Below are positions 38,801 to 48,359 of a stretch of DNA of 64,000 bases, piece after piece (positions within the stretch are counted from its first letter, which is position 1; the number at the start of each line of letters is the position of its first letter). The notes below the pieces were generated by a model. The model was not told the origin of the DNA. It made no database searches and saw only the letters and a program-made list of their open reading frames with translations. The DNA comes from a bacterium (GTDB lineage Bacteria; SAR324; NAC60-12). The position numbers were made by a program, and so were the translations under genes. The stretch covers positions 3,072,001 through 3,136,000 of the forward strand of contig OZ242383.1 of assembly GCA_965209155.1 (NCBI GenBank), read 5' to 3'.

Positions 38801-41800
38801 ATTCACCCCGGGTGGTGTATGCCTTGATCAGGCATTGATAAACATTGGCCAGGTCCGGGTCCTTTTGGGCGTTGTCTTTTACGGCACCGGCCAGCTTCTC
38901 CATCAGGTCGAAGCGGCTGCAGAGCCATGACATCTCCGTGGCTTCCTCATGCAGGGATAAGGCCAGGGGGTATTGCCATTTCCAGGCGGCGGCTCCTGAA
39001 AGGTCCAGGCCGATGGTAAAATATTCCAGGGCCTGTTCAAAAGCCGAAGCCGCCCTGGCCTGACGACCGGCTTCCAGGTTGAGTTCGGCCAGGTGCGATC
39101 GGTCTTTCCATTTATCCTTCAACCCCCGGGCCAGGTTGAGATGGTGGACGATGTCAAAAAGCAGAGCGTCACTTTTTCCGGGAGCATATTGCTTGAGCAG
39201 GGTCTGACCGATTCGAAGATGGACCGGCTTTCTCTCCTTTTGGGCAATGAGGGCATAAGCAGCCTGCTGCACCCGGTCATGCAGGAATTTGAAGCTGCTG
39301 TGATCCGAGGTCGCTCCGGTGGTCGGATCATCCAGTTCAGGGGCCCGGGAAAAACCAGTGATCAACCCCTTTTCCAGGGCCGGCAACAGGTTGTCGTATA
39401 TCTCCCTGCTTCCAGCGCCGCTGATCAGTCCCAGCGATTCCAGGTCAAAGGTATTGCCGATGCAGGCCGCCAGGCATAAGAGTCGCCTGGTTTCAGAGGA
39501 AAAACCATGGAGCTGGTCAACCAGCAAATCCACCACATTCTCGGTCACCGCCAGGAATTCGATGGCAGCCAGGTCCCAGGTCCATCGTTTTTCCTCAGGG
39601 GAGTAACCGATCAGTTCCTTTTCGGAGAGTACGGTCAAAAACTGGCACACAAAGAAAGGATTGCCGCCGGTTTTGCGCACCAGGACCTCTGCCAGTGGTT
39701 TGGCCTCCTCAGCACGGCAGTGGCAGGTATGGACGAGCAAATGTGAAATGTCCTCCGGGTTCAGGGGCTTTAAGGGGATCGTTTGCAGCGGCTGGCCAGT
39801 TTTTTTGATCACCTCACGACTGATCATCAGCCGGTGATCGGCATCCACCTCGTTGTCGCGATAGGCTCCCAGGAAAAGCAGAGGTTTCCTTTCGGGATGC
39901 TGAGCGATGCGTTCCACCAGCTTGAGAGTATCAGCGTCCACCCACTGCAAGTCGTCCAGAAAAATAATCAGGGGATGGTTTTTTTTACAGAAAAGGCCGA
40001 TGAATTCCAGTAAAACGGTTGTGAAGCGGTTGCGGGACTCCAGCGCTCCCATTTCCGGCAGCGGTGGTTGCGGACCGATCACCTGTTCCAGTTCCGGGAT
40101 CACCCGGGTCACCAGTTGTCCGTTGGGTCCCAGGGCAGCCCGTATCCTGTTTTTCCAACGCTCCATTCCGGATTTCTCTTCGACTGATACCTCCCGGATG
40201 AGCCCCCGCAGCGCCTGGATCAGGGCGCTGTAGGGGATATTGTGCCGGAGCTGGTCAAACTTGCCGGAGATGAAGAAACCGTTTTTTTGGGCAACGGACT
40301 TATAGTTTTCTACGACCAGTGCGGTTTTGCCGACACCAGCGCTTCCAGAGACCAACACCATCTCGGTCGCTCCCTGGCTGACTCGCTCCAGGGCGGCCTC
40401 CAGGGCGGCGATTTCATCCTTCCGGCCATAAAGCCCCGGGGCGATCTGCAGCTCTTTCGGGATGTCATGGCGACCCAAGGGAAAGTCGGGCAGGCTCCCC
40501 TGGTTTTCCAGTTGCTCCAGACAAGTCAGGAGATCGGCTGAAAGGCCCGAGTGACTCTGGTAGCGCGCCTCGGCACGCTTGGCCATCAGTTTCATCACCA
40601 TATTAGAAAGGGGTTTAGGCACCCGCGGAGCGATCTGGTCCAGGGGTACGGGTTGCCGGGCAATGTGAGCGTGGATGATTTCCATGGCCTCCCGAGAGTG
40701 GAAAGGCACTCTCCCGCTGAAAAGCTCATAAAGGGTGGCGCCCAGGGAATAAAAATCACTGCGATAATCGAGTACCCGATTCATCCGGCCGGTCTGCTCG
40801 GGGGAGATATAGGGCAGAGTTTCCCCGCTTAGCTGGGGACTCAACGTCGTCAAATTTTCCCGGGGCAGCCGAGTGGCCAGGCCGAAGCCGGTCAGTTTGA
40901 TGTTTCCCGATCCTGGATCAACAAAAATATTGAACGGATTGATCATTTTATGCAGGATGCCCTGCCGGTGCACTTCTTTCAGGGTGCTGATCAGTGAAAG
41001 CGCTACCTTCAGCGAGTCCAGCAGGTCGAGCCGGGCTAAGTCCATCAACTTTCTTAAAGGGAGCCCTACGGTGTTTTCCAGGATCAAGGCCCATCCGTTT
41101 TCACACGCCACCAGTACCTCTGCCCCGAGGACCCCATCGATCTTAAGAGCCTGAGTGATCTCATGCTCATGCCGCATTTCCGCCAGCTCCTGCGCGCTCT
41201 GCTGAGGGGAAGCCGATCCCTTGATCAGGACCCAAAGCCCATCGCTTTGTCGCCTGCCGCGCCAAAGCCTGGTCCGACTGCTTTCAAAAATGACCTCCTC
41301 CAGCGAATAACCCGGAATCTCGGGTTTTTTCCCGCCGTGAATCGTTTGTTCTATTAGTGGATACGACTCTTTTATTGACCTCGGTGGCGTTTCCATTCCC
41401 AGTCCGTCAGAGATTGTTTCCTTGGACCGTTCAGGCATATTGAAGCTTTTCAGCAGCTCCTCCATAAAACTCTGGTTCTTTTCGATTTCGCGGATTTTTC
41501 CCAGCATTCTCCGGGCAGCATGGTAGTTCAAACCACTCATCTCAGAGAACTGTTTGGCCGTTACCTCTTTCTTCCGCTCGTTTACCAGGTAGATCCCCCA
41601 GAACCAAAAACGAAGAGGAGTCCGTGTCTTGCGCATCAACGTCCCTGCCGTTACGGAGGTTTGATGTTTGCATCTTTTACACTGTAATAAACTCCGTTTG
41701 GGCATGTCGTAAAAACCATCGTGCCCGCATTCGGGGCACCGAAAACCTCCTGGCCAGCAAAGGTTGAACAAATGGCGACGGCATATATCGTCATCGTGAA

Positions 41801-41849
41801 AATAGGTCTTCCACCCTTCGAAGGAAATCAGTGGCTTTGGATCCGTCAT
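35868..41849 (-). CDS. Giant sigma54-dependent activator A: IS1595-type Zn-ribbon/HTH, pseudokinase, STAND ATPase, helical repeats, GAF, sigma54 AAA+, Fis HTH
   Basis: WPGGFRCPECG...QCKRCKHQTSVTAGT; YISPEQTGRMNR; GSAGVGKT and FLDDLQW; FLHDRVQQAAY; IYLENN; GESGTGKE, GAFTGA, WPGNVRELQN; ISRAALYNK. GAGGTG RBS before ATG 41849. Confidence 0.9.
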   Translation of the reverse strand: MTDPKPLISFEGWKTYFHDDDICRRHLFNLCWPGGFRCPECGHDGFYDMPKRSLLQCKRCKHQTSVTAGTLMRKTRTPLRFWFWGIYLVNERKKEVTAKQFSEMSGLNYHAARRMLGKIREIEKNQSFMEELLKSFNMPERSKETISDGLGMETPPRSIKESYPLIEQTIHGGKKPEIPGYSLEEVIFESSRTRLWRGRRQSDGLWVLIKGSASPQQSAQELAEMRHEHEITQALKIDGVLGAEVLVACENGWALILENTVGLPLRKLMDLARLDLLDSLKVALSLISTLKEVHRQGILHKMINPFNIFVDPGSGNIKLTGFGLATRLPRENLTTLSPQLSGETLPYISPEQTGRMNRVLDYRSDFYSLGATLYELFSGRVPFHSREAMEIIHAHIARQPVPLDQIAPRVPKPLSNMVMKLMAKRAEARYQSHSGLSADLLTCLEQLENQGSLPDFPLGRHDIPKELQIAPGLYGRKDEIAALEAALERVSQGATEMVLVSGSAGVGKTALVVENYKSVAQKNGFFISGKFDQLRHNIPYSALIQALRGLIREVSVEEKSGMERWKNRIRAALGPNGQLVTRVIPELEQVIGPQPPLPEMGALESRNRFTTVLLEFIGLFCKKNHPLIIFLDDLQWVDADTLKLVERIAQHPERKPLLFLGAYRDNEVDADHRLMISREVIKKTGQPLQTIPLKPLNPEDISHLLVHTCHCRAEEAKPLAEVLVRKTGGNPFFVCQFLTVLSEKELIGYSPEEKRWTWDLAAIEFLAVTENVVDLLVDQLHGFSSETRRLLCLAACIGNTFDLESLGLISGAGSREIYDNLLPALEKGLITGFSRAPELDDPTTGATSDHSSFKFLHDRVQQAAYALIAQKERKPVHLRIGQTLLKQYAPGKSDALLFDIVHHLNLARGLKDKWKDRSHLAELNLEAGRQARAASAFEQALEYFTIGLDLSGAAAWKWQYPLALSLHEEATEMSWLCSRFDLMEKLAGAVKDNAQKDPDLANVYQCLIKAYTTRGELKKALETGEEILEKLGCKLSRLSPGQWQQALAQIKSGLAGKSVEEVMQFERLTQPDAEVPVRILNELFHSFGETGITPDVGLWQPAALKRISLLLNYFHPEYSPDFYCSLGMIYCEFMQDFDFGYELGRLGMQIMAAFDLKEIHCRVSRIFNGHIRFYREPLSASLDPLLEAHKMGIETGDFYNAGHGAVKRCQLAFMCGKELNWLKGELSTLKADLKKIDFIIGSPRVEMLTKAVTILLDEPSTLSTSIMDQYHRVTSAEYVYNEHSCFNYQKLVLQTLFEEYEAARETVFEMINLMKTYKYAFIESQANCYLSLALLADFDQVPDGVKEQILTQVHDNQETLEKLARCAPSNYLHKYHLVEAERMRVLEGEPDTIMHHYDQAIALARESEFIHEEALANELAARYLLSQGQNVAASSYLRSAMEQYEAWGAKRKVAHLKSRYSGLIADDRAEGAVSPSANLDLATILKASEAISSTLELEPLLEILLGILIENAGAQTAALILETEGQSLIAARGSAEQVECFLPLSLPVEKAQSLSLSVISWVKQTREHLVLDNTSREERFAGDDYIRRERPKSILCAPITHQSALSGIIYLENNLVEGAFTPRRLEVIKHLSSQIAISLENARLHEDLKKALDELKASETSLREENVRLRARTKDRFRFGDIIGKSEPMQRVYELILQAAATDMNVILYGESGTGKELVSRAIHEASDRKEQVFFPVNLGAISENLIENEFFGHKKGAFTGADSDQRGFLHLTDKGTLFLDELADIGLNLQVKLLRVLEGNGFTPLGTTEVIKPNIRFIAASNHDLGHRVKTGQIREDFYYRIHVFPIRLPPLRERKEDIPLLVEHFLKSTAPLQQGKPITPGFLEALQAYDWPGNVRELQNTLHRYVSQGEVDFLGERINSKISETSNFGDTINHGKMALDQALADCEKATILNALKNSQGHKVKTAAVLGISRAALYNKMKKYGIQTIPGT

Positions 41850-42099
41850 TTTCACCTCTTGATCAATAGTTCCGCAAAATAAGCGGATTAGGTATAAAGA
41901 GACTGCGGAAATAATCTACAATTTTTTGTAGGCGGATTAGACGAAAATATCATGATGGCGGATTTAATGCAACAAATCGAAGAAATCAGTGGCTTTGGAT
42001 CCGTCATTTTCACCTCTTGATCGATAGTTCCGCAAAAGAAGCGGATTAGATACAAAGAGACTGCGGAGATAATCTACAATTTTTTGTTGGCGGATTAGA
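41818..42099. repeat. ~124-bp direct duplication (period ~159) of the start and upstream region of activator A, rich in GCGGA motifs
   Basis: 41818-41941 matches 41977-42099; includes the RBS, ATG and first codons (MTDPKPLIS). Confidence 0.85.
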
Positions 42100-42261
42100 A
42101 AGACGTCATTATGAAAGATTTATCCTTCAAGGAATGGGGGAAGGGTATCGCAAGGAGTTTCATCAAGGAAACACAATCGAGAAAATAAAAGACAAATTAA
42201 TATTTTCCCCCTTTCCACTACCCATTTCAAATTCCTGATCAGAACAATTAATTAATCTCAT

Positions 42262-42815
42262 TAAACCACCAGCTCTGCTGGTGCGAACCTAATAGGCTTT
42301 GCCGGTCAGACATGAGAAACGTATCCGTGTCCGTTAGCCGTGCTCGTGCTCGTGAACGGTCAGTGAATTCGACGGCACATTTTGGTTAACATAGAAACAA
42401 TGCGATGAAGTAACTGTTTCCCTTCGTCAAATAAAGGAGGCTGGATGATCTTCAACACGTTTAAAACATCGAGAATAGCAGCGCATTCCATTGCGGAACC
42501 TCGGGCCAATGCATAGAATCGTTGCTTGTCAGGAAAGGAATTTTTTCCACAGCCTTCTGCGATATTGAGAGGAATCGACCATGAGGTCCTTTTCAGTTGG
42601 TCAACTAGGGCTGAGTATCCTTTTGTCAATGTTTCGATGACTTGGACAGATAACGCTAAAAATTCGATGGAACATTGGTATACATCGAGTTTTTCATGAT
42701 CTGACATGGCAGCCTTTTTCGTTCACGAGCACGAGCACGTCTTACGATGACGAACACGTTTTGCCCTCATACTGGGGGCCTCTTCAAGCCACCGGCTCTG
42801 CCGGTGGTGATGACT
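42262..42815. mobile_element. IS200/IS605-like cassette with four-helix-bundle gene (copy 2)
   Basis: Near-identical to 25981-26534; right hairpin CCACCGGC-TCT-GCCGGTGG at 42789-42807. Confidence 0.55.
42360..42707 (-). CDS. Four-helix-bundle protein, copy 2
   Basis: HEKLDVYQ, SIPLNIAEG, ARGSAMECAA; same inverted hexamer repeats on both sides. Confidence 0.85.
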   Translation of the reverse strand: MSDHEKLDVYQCSIEFLALSVQVIETLTKGYSALVDQLKRTSWSIPLNIAEGCGKNSFPDKQRFYALARGSAMECAAILDVLNVLKIIQPPLFDEGKQLLHRIVSMLTKMCRRIH

Positions 42816-43045
42816 TATTCCAGCAAATATTTACAAGGATCAATACCTCTTTTTCCAGAGTCATCGGAGGTCCCCTCCCTCATTCCGGTCTTCTGCCCAA
42901 AGCCAGAGAGCGACGCAGGGTCCAGACTGAAAGGGATCAGAAAAAGGGGGGCAAACAGAAGGTAATTAAGACCTCCCCTTTTCCTGTTTTTCAAAATAGT
43001 GAAAGATCCTCTGCGGAGCAAAGAGTATCAAGGGATTACCCCACA

Positions 43046-43272
43046 TTGAGATAGTCGAACGAATGGCATTTGTATTGCTTGAGACGGCTAAGTCCTGCCA
43101 ACATGTCAAGGACTTGCGTGGGTGCCTCGGCTCTTTTTATGAATAAATTGGTTGCTCCCTGCCTGATAATCTCACAAACCATCGCCATCGCTGGGAGTTA
43201 GCCGGATATATTTACCGTATCTCCGGTCTTGAGCAGTTTTGCTGCTTCTGAAATACTTAAAACTCTAGTCAT
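43046..43272 (-). pseudogene. Truncated copy of the CoA-transferase alpha subunit
   Basis: MTRVLSISEAAKLLKTGDTVNISG*LPAMAMVCEIIRQG...CHSFDYLN, homologous to 29432-29658, with an in-frame TAA. Confidence 0.9.
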
Positions 43273-43333
43273 ATCTTTTCCCATATTCTTATATTGTAAC
43301 TGAGCGTTCGTTAGTTTTTATGGCAAAAAAGAT

Positions 43334-44935
43334 CTAGACACCGATCTTCTCTCGCTTGACCGTGATTCCAGCAACTTCACGATCCCAAGTATCGGGAGTG
43401 ATTCCTGCCGCTTTGAGCAGATTTTTTTGTACTTTCTGGGTGGGGGTTTTGGGCAATTCGTCGACAATTCGAATGAATCTGGGCAGCATGAAGTGAGCCA
43501 TACGCGGTTGGAGAAAATGGAAGAGTTCCCTGGGATCGATCTGCTGGTCCGACACCGGAGCCACCACCACCATCACATCGTCCTCGCTAAGCTCACTAGG
43601 GACGGGAACCGCCGCCGCTTCACGCACTGTGGCGAAAGCGGTGACCTCGCTTTCCACTTCAAAAGAAGAAATATTCTCACCACGGCGACGAATAGAGTCC
43701 TTGATGCGATCAACAAAATAGAAATACCCATTCTCGTCATATTTGAAAGCGTCCCCTGTGTGGAACCAACCGTTACGCCAGGCTTTAGCGGTTGCTTCCG
43801 GATTCTTGTAATAACCATGGTTCATCGCCCACGGACGGTCGGTTCGTAAGATAAGCTCACCGGTGACCCCAGGACCGACCTCGCAATCGTTTTCATCAAC
43901 GACACGAGCTTCCACACCCTCACGGACTTTCCCGCAAGTACCGCTTCCCGGCGGATAGGGTTCTGACATAATGGGCAAGGATATTTCCGTCATGTTGAAA
44001 CCGGTGCGCATTTCGAGACCATAGCGGCGCCCTACTGCCATGGCATCCTCATTCCAGGGAATGCAGACGGCTTTCTTCAAAAAAAGATCATCGTCATGAG
44101 GGCCTGGTGGTAATTTCAGGAGGAACGGGATCATTGCACCCACCAGGCTGGTCGCAGTGGTTTCATTCTCGCGAACGGTCTGCCAAAATTCGTTGGTTTT
44201 AAAATGAGTGTCTAAAAAACAGGAACTTCCATTGGCCAGTGTGACGATAAATAAAATGGTTCCTCCCACATGGAACATAGGCGCATTGATCAAAATCCGA
44301 TCGCTTTCCTCGAAATAATAACCAGACTCCGGCCCCATGGAATAGCCTTGAAGATAAGAAGAAAGCACCGCTTTGGAGGGGCCAGTGGTGCCTGAAGTGA
44401 AGATGATATACTGGGTGTCCCAGGGCTCGACTACTTCCGACATCTCCGAGAGGCCTTGATTGAAGATGAGAGCGGATGCTGGATGAGGGGTCAGGTTTAT
44501 TAAGGAGGTTTCCCCATGGGTGATGATGACATCCCGTAGCAAGCCTGTTTCGATGTCATTCAGACGCGGGGCAAGATCGGCATGACAAACCATCAATGTG
44601 GCATCGGATAATAGCACCACATGTTGCAGAAGTGCGCCTTTATAAGCGGTGTTCACGGGCACGTAGACCGCTCCTAAATAATTGAGAGCAAACCAAGTGA
44701 GGACCGCTTCCCGATTGTTCGGTTGCCAGGAGAGCACATGATCGCCTTTTTTGACACCCATTGCTTGAAGCCCCTTGGCGGCACGTTGCGTCAGTTCCAG
44801 GGTCTGACGCCAGGTCCATGTCTCGCCACCATAGAACATGATTGCGATTGCATCGGGCTTCTGGAGCGCCCAGCGTTCGATTTGATAACCAAGAACACAA
44901 ATTTCACGTGCCGGTATGCGAGGATCATAAGTCAT
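43334..44935 (-). CDS. ATP-dependent acyl-CoA ligase (CaiC-like), copy 2
   Basis: 533 aa and colinear with 29721-31322; differences cluster after the P-loop in the substrate-pocket region. Confidence 0.9.
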   Translation of the reverse strand: MTYDPRIPAREICVLGYQIERWALQKPDAIAIMFYGGETWTWRQTLELTQRAAKGLQAMGVKKGDHVLSWQPNNREAVLTWFALNYLGAVYVPVNTAYKGALLQHVVLLSDATLMVCHADLAPRLNDIETGLLRDVIITHGETSLINLTPHPASALIFNQGLSEMSEVVEPWDTQYIIFTSGTTGPSKAVLSSYLQGYSMGPESGYYFEESDRILINAPMFHVGGTILFIVTLANGSSCFLDTHFKTNEFWQTVRENETTATSLVGAMIPFLLKLPPGPHDDDLFLKKAVCIPWNEDAMAVGRRYGLEMRTGFNMTEISLPIMSEPYPPGSGTCGKVREGVEARVVDENDCEVGPGVTGELILRTDRPWAMNHGYYKNPEATAKAWRNGWFHTGDAFKYDENGYFYFVDRIKDSIRRRGENISSFEVESEVTAFATVREAAAVPVPSELSEDDVMVVVAPVSDQQIDPRELFHFLQPRMAHFMLPRFIRIVDELPKTPTQKVQKNLLKAAGITPDTWDREVAGITVKREKIGV

Positions 44936-44947
44936 TGAGGATTTTCG

Positions 44948-45811
44948 TCAGGCGTCGTAGAATGACAAGGAGTGCAACCCCAGCAGGAGGCGTTCTCGAT
45001 CCGAAGCGATGCGTTCCATGGCAGCGGGATCGACATGATTCACCGACTCCGTGGTTTTGACTCGTTGGGCGATATCGCGCCTGGCGTAATGCACCTGCAG
45101 GAAAAACCGTCCCGTGTCCCCTTTCTGCGTGGGGAGCCGCCGGTGCCAGATGTCGGAGACAAACAGAGCCACGTCACCTGCTTTGGCAATCAAGGGCTTC
45201 ACTTTGAGTCCATTCCAACTCAGCTCATCGTCATACTCCCGATCCTCTGGTGGGTGCGTTCCGGACTTGTGACTGCCGGGGATCACTCCGGTGGGACCAG
45301 ATTCGCGGGGACAGTCGGTTAAAAAGATATGGGCTCCGATGGCAAATACCGGATGGGGAAGGTTCTCCGGCCACACCTGGTCTGAATGGAGGGGAATGTG
45401 CGGACCACCATCGAGATGCCATCGTCCCCCTTTCAGACCCATTTCCCCAGGAGGATTTCGCCAGCAGGTATTGGCAATGATGTGACAGTCTTCCCCCAGC
45501 AGGGGCTCAATCACGTCGAGAATCTCCCGGCGTCCCGCTATGGCCTGACACAATGGGCTGTGATTGAACATCTCGTAGCGGTAGTGCTGAGGGGTATTCA
45601 TATCGGATTTGTCACGCATACGGCTATCAGGCTGCCGTTCGTCGTAGACCTGATTGATCTCTGTTCTGAGCGCCTTCAACTCTTTGGCGTTGAAGGCTTT
45701 GCGCACAATGGTATACCCCTGCTCCTCCAGCTCTTCCGACTCTTCAGGCACCGGAGTCTCCCGAATTGTTAAGTACCTCATACGTCCATTAAATTCTTGA
45801 CGTGTCAACAT
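44948..45811 (-). CDS. Phytanoyl-CoA dioxygenase (PhyH) family Fe(II)/2OG oxygenase
   Basis: EEQGY, WHLD, GPTGVIPGSH, AGD...IWHR. Confidence 0.85.
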   Translation of the reverse strand: MLTRQEFNGRMRYLTIRETPVPEESEELEEQGYTIVRKAFNAKELKALRTEINQVYDERQPDSRMRDKSDMNTPQHYRYEMFNHSPLCQAIAGRREILDVIEPLLGEDCHIIANTCWRNPPGEMGLKGGRWHLDGGPHIPLHSDQVWPENLPHPVFAIGAHIFLTDCPRESGPTGVIPGSHKSGTHPPEDREYDDELSWNGLKVKPLIAKAGDVALFVSDIWHRRLPTQKGDTGRFFLQVHYARRDIAQRVKTTESVNHVDPAAMERIASDRERLLLGLHSLSFYDA

Positions 45812-45881
45812 ATCAACCTTTAGTGAGGGTTTACATTTAAAAAGGCCATAAAAAATGATTCATGACAACTCCATTCATAAA

Positions 45882-46286
45882 CTATTGAGCTACGATCTCT
45901 TCCCAACTTTTCTTTCTCCATAAATCGCGGGCATTCTCAAGCTCACCCAACAGGATCCTCCGTGTTTTTTCGTCTTCTACCAGAGGGCTTGTTTGGAAGT
46001 AGTTTATTAAGCCCGAGACTTTTTTCAGGCAGATATCTTTCGCTTTTTTCTTCAACTTCAGGATCTTTGTCGGGTCAGGAGAAGCCTGGTTTAACTCATC
46101 TATCTTTTTTTCAAATTCGACCGTCCAACTTTGGGGTGCTTTTCGGGTGTTAATGATTAATTCAGCGGCTTTGTTCCTTCCCCCTATAGATCTTTGAATG
46201 ATGAAATTCATCCACCACATACCAGCTCGAGCAAGCAAAACTATAACCGCAACAAAGATGATGAAGATCAAAGCGAGTTTTAACAT
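45882..46286 (-). CDS. Hypothetical membrane-anchored protein
   Basis: N-terminal TM helix; lies directly after the ABC ATPase gene in the operon. Confidence 0.65.
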   Translation of the reverse strand: MLKLALIFIIFVAVIVLLARAGMWWMNFIIQRSIGGRNKAAELIINTRKAPQSWTVEFEKKIDELNQASPDPTKILKLKKKAKDICLKKVSGLINYFQTSPLVEDEKTRRILLGELENARDLWRKKSWEEIVAQ

Positions 46287-46290
46287 GTCC

Positions 46291-47307
46291 CTAGATGGCC
46301 CCTTTCAGTTGGAGTTCCTTGCCAAAATGACAACGGGCATAATGTCCCTCCTCCATCTCCTCCAGAGGAGGTTCCTCAGTCTCACATACCTCTTGCGCAT
46401 ATCGACACCTGGGGTGGAAGCTGCATCCTGGAGGTGGATTGACTGGAGATGCGACCTCGCCACTGAGTATGATTCGCTCAGACTTAAGCCTCGGGTCTGC
46501 CTTTGGAGCAGAAGACATCAACGCTTCCGTATAGGGATGTTTTGGACTCAAAAAGAGTTTCTCTGTTTCTGCCATTTCTACGATCTTCCCCACATACATA
46601 ACAGCGACTCTGTCGCTGATGTGCTCCACCACCCCCAAGTCGTGGGCAATGAAGAGATAGGTCAGGTGAAATTCTTCTTGTAAATCCTTTAGAAGGTTCA
46701 ATACCTGCGCTTGCACAGAGACGTCCAAGGCGGAGACAGCTTCATCGGCTATGATGAGTTTTGGATGCAGGGCCAAAGCTCTTGCGATACCGACACGCTG
46801 TCTTTGTCCTCCACTGAGCGCGTGTGGATAGCGTTTCAGATACTGGACATTCAGTCCGACCACACGGAGGAGTTCCTTGACTCTGTCCTCCAACTCTCTG
46901 CCTTTGGCCATCTTGTGCGCAAGAAGGGGCTCTCCTACGACGTCCAATATTGTCATTCGTGGGTTCAGGGAGGAATGGGGGTCCTGGAAGATCACCTGCA
47001 TATCTCTTCTTAGCATTTTAAGCTCTTTTTCTTCGACCCCAGCGACATCAACGACCTCACCGTCGTGTCGAAGAAACATCTCTCCAGCAGTCGGACTAAG
47101 GGCTCTCAGAATCACTTTCCCCGTCGTGGTCTTTCCACATCCACTTTCTCCGACCAAGCCGAGCGTTTCCCCTTCACGGATGTAGAAATCGACTCCATCA
47201 ACCGCTTTGACATATCCAACCGTTCTCTTCAAGAACCCCTTAGTAATAGGAAAATACTTCTTAAGCCCTTTAACTTCGAGAAGAATATCGTTACCAGGCA
47301 CCATCAT
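46291..47307 (-). CDS. Opp/Dpp-family ABC ATP-binding subunit (OppF-like)
   Basis: [35 protein letters not shown]. Confidence 0.92.
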   Translation of the reverse strand: MMVPGNDILLEVKGLKKYFPITKGFLKRTVGYVKAVDGVDFYIREGETLGLVGESGCGKTTTGKVILRALSPTAGEMFLRHDGEVVDVAGVEEKELKMLRRDMQVIFQDPHSSLNPRMTILDVVGEPLLAHKMAKGRELEDRVKELLRVVGLNVQYLKRYPHALSGGQRQRVGIARALALHPKLIIADEAVSALDVSVQAQVLNLLKDLQEEFHLTYLFIAHDLGVVEHISDRVAVMYVGKIVEMAETEKLFLSPKHPYTEALMSSAPKADPRLKSERIILSGEVASPVNPPPGCSFHPRCRYAQEVCETEEPPLEEMEEGHYARCHFGKELQLKGAI

Positions 47308-48359
47308 TCTTCCTTATTCTGATGGTAGAGAAAACATGCGACCTGGTGACCCTTTGCCATTTCAACTAAAGCAGGAGGTTTATCCTCATCGCACACACCG
47401 GGCAGACCCTCAGGACAACGAGGGAAAAACGGGCACCCTTTAAGAACGGCAAAGGGGTCTGGCACGCCACCCTTAATCGATTCAAGACGGACGCTCACCT
47501 TCTCTACCTTGGGGATAGATTTGAGAAGCGCCCTGGTATAGGGGTGCTTTGGGTCATGGAAGAGACGGTCTACATCGGTGTGTTCTACGGCCTTTCCCAA
47601 ATACATAACAATGACATCATCCGCCATCTCCGCGATCACTCCAAGATCATGAGTGATCATCATAATGGACATCCCGAATTCCTTCTTCAAGTCGTTCATC
47701 AGCTCAAGAATCTGTGCCTGGACGGTGACATCCAAGGCTGTGGTAGGCTCATCTGCTATCAGGAGGCTCGGATTGCATGAAAGAGCCATTGCTATCATCG
47801 CTCTCTGTCTCATCCCACCACTGAATTGATGAGGATATTCGTCTACTCTCATCTGTGGAAGAGATATCCCAACCCGATCCAGCATCTCTATGGCATGTTC
47901 CCTGGCTGCCTTCTTGCTCAGGTTCTGATGCAGCAGGATCGCTTCAATGATCTGGCTTCCAACGGTGTGGACAGGACTGAAGGCTGTCATAGGTTCCTGG
48001 AAGATCATAGAGATCTCTTTTCCTCTGATCCTCCTGATCTCGCTTCCCTGTGGGTCCAATTTCGTCAGATCCGTTACTTTCCTTCCGTTCCCATTTGTAT
48101 TCTGGTGCAGAAGGATCTCCCCTTGAATAATCCTCCCGGGTTGGGGGACTATTTGCAGGATAGACTGGGCGGTGACACTTTTTCCACAACCACTTTCTCC
48201 GACGACACCCAGGGTCTTTTCTTTGTCTATGCTAAAGCTGACGCCATCTACGGATTTTACAGTCCCCTCATCCAAATAGAAGTATGTCTTGATGTCCTTC
48301 AATTCCAAAAGCGTGCTCAATCCAACACCTCCTTTATTTATAAGGGTCCGCCGCGTCAC
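47304..48359 (-). CDS. Opp/Dpp-family ABC ATP-binding subunit (OppD-like)
   Basis: [26 protein letters not shown]; the true start may be slightly downstream. Confidence 0.92.
   Translation of the reverse strand: MTRRTLINKGGVGLSTLLELKDIKTYFYLDEGTVKSVDGVSFSIDKEKTLGVVGESGCGKSVTAQSILQIVPQPGRIIQGEILLHQNTNGNGRKVTDLTKLDPQGSEIRRIRGKEISMIFQEPMTAFSPVHTVGSQIIEAILLHQNLSKKAAREHAIEMLDRVGISLPQMRVDEYPHQFSGGMRQRAMIAMALSCNPSLLIADEPTTALDVTVQAQILELMNDLKKEFGMSIMMITHDLGVIAEMADDVIVMYLGKAVEHTDVDRLFHDPKHPYTRALLKSIPKVEKVSVRLESIKGGVPDPFAVLKGCPFFPRCPEGLPGVCDEDKPPALVEMAKGHQVACFLYHQNKEE

Noticed and set aside
41480..41849. Intact IS1595 element
   Set aside because: No DDE domain or right end is visible; the frame runs directly into the kinase-like domain.
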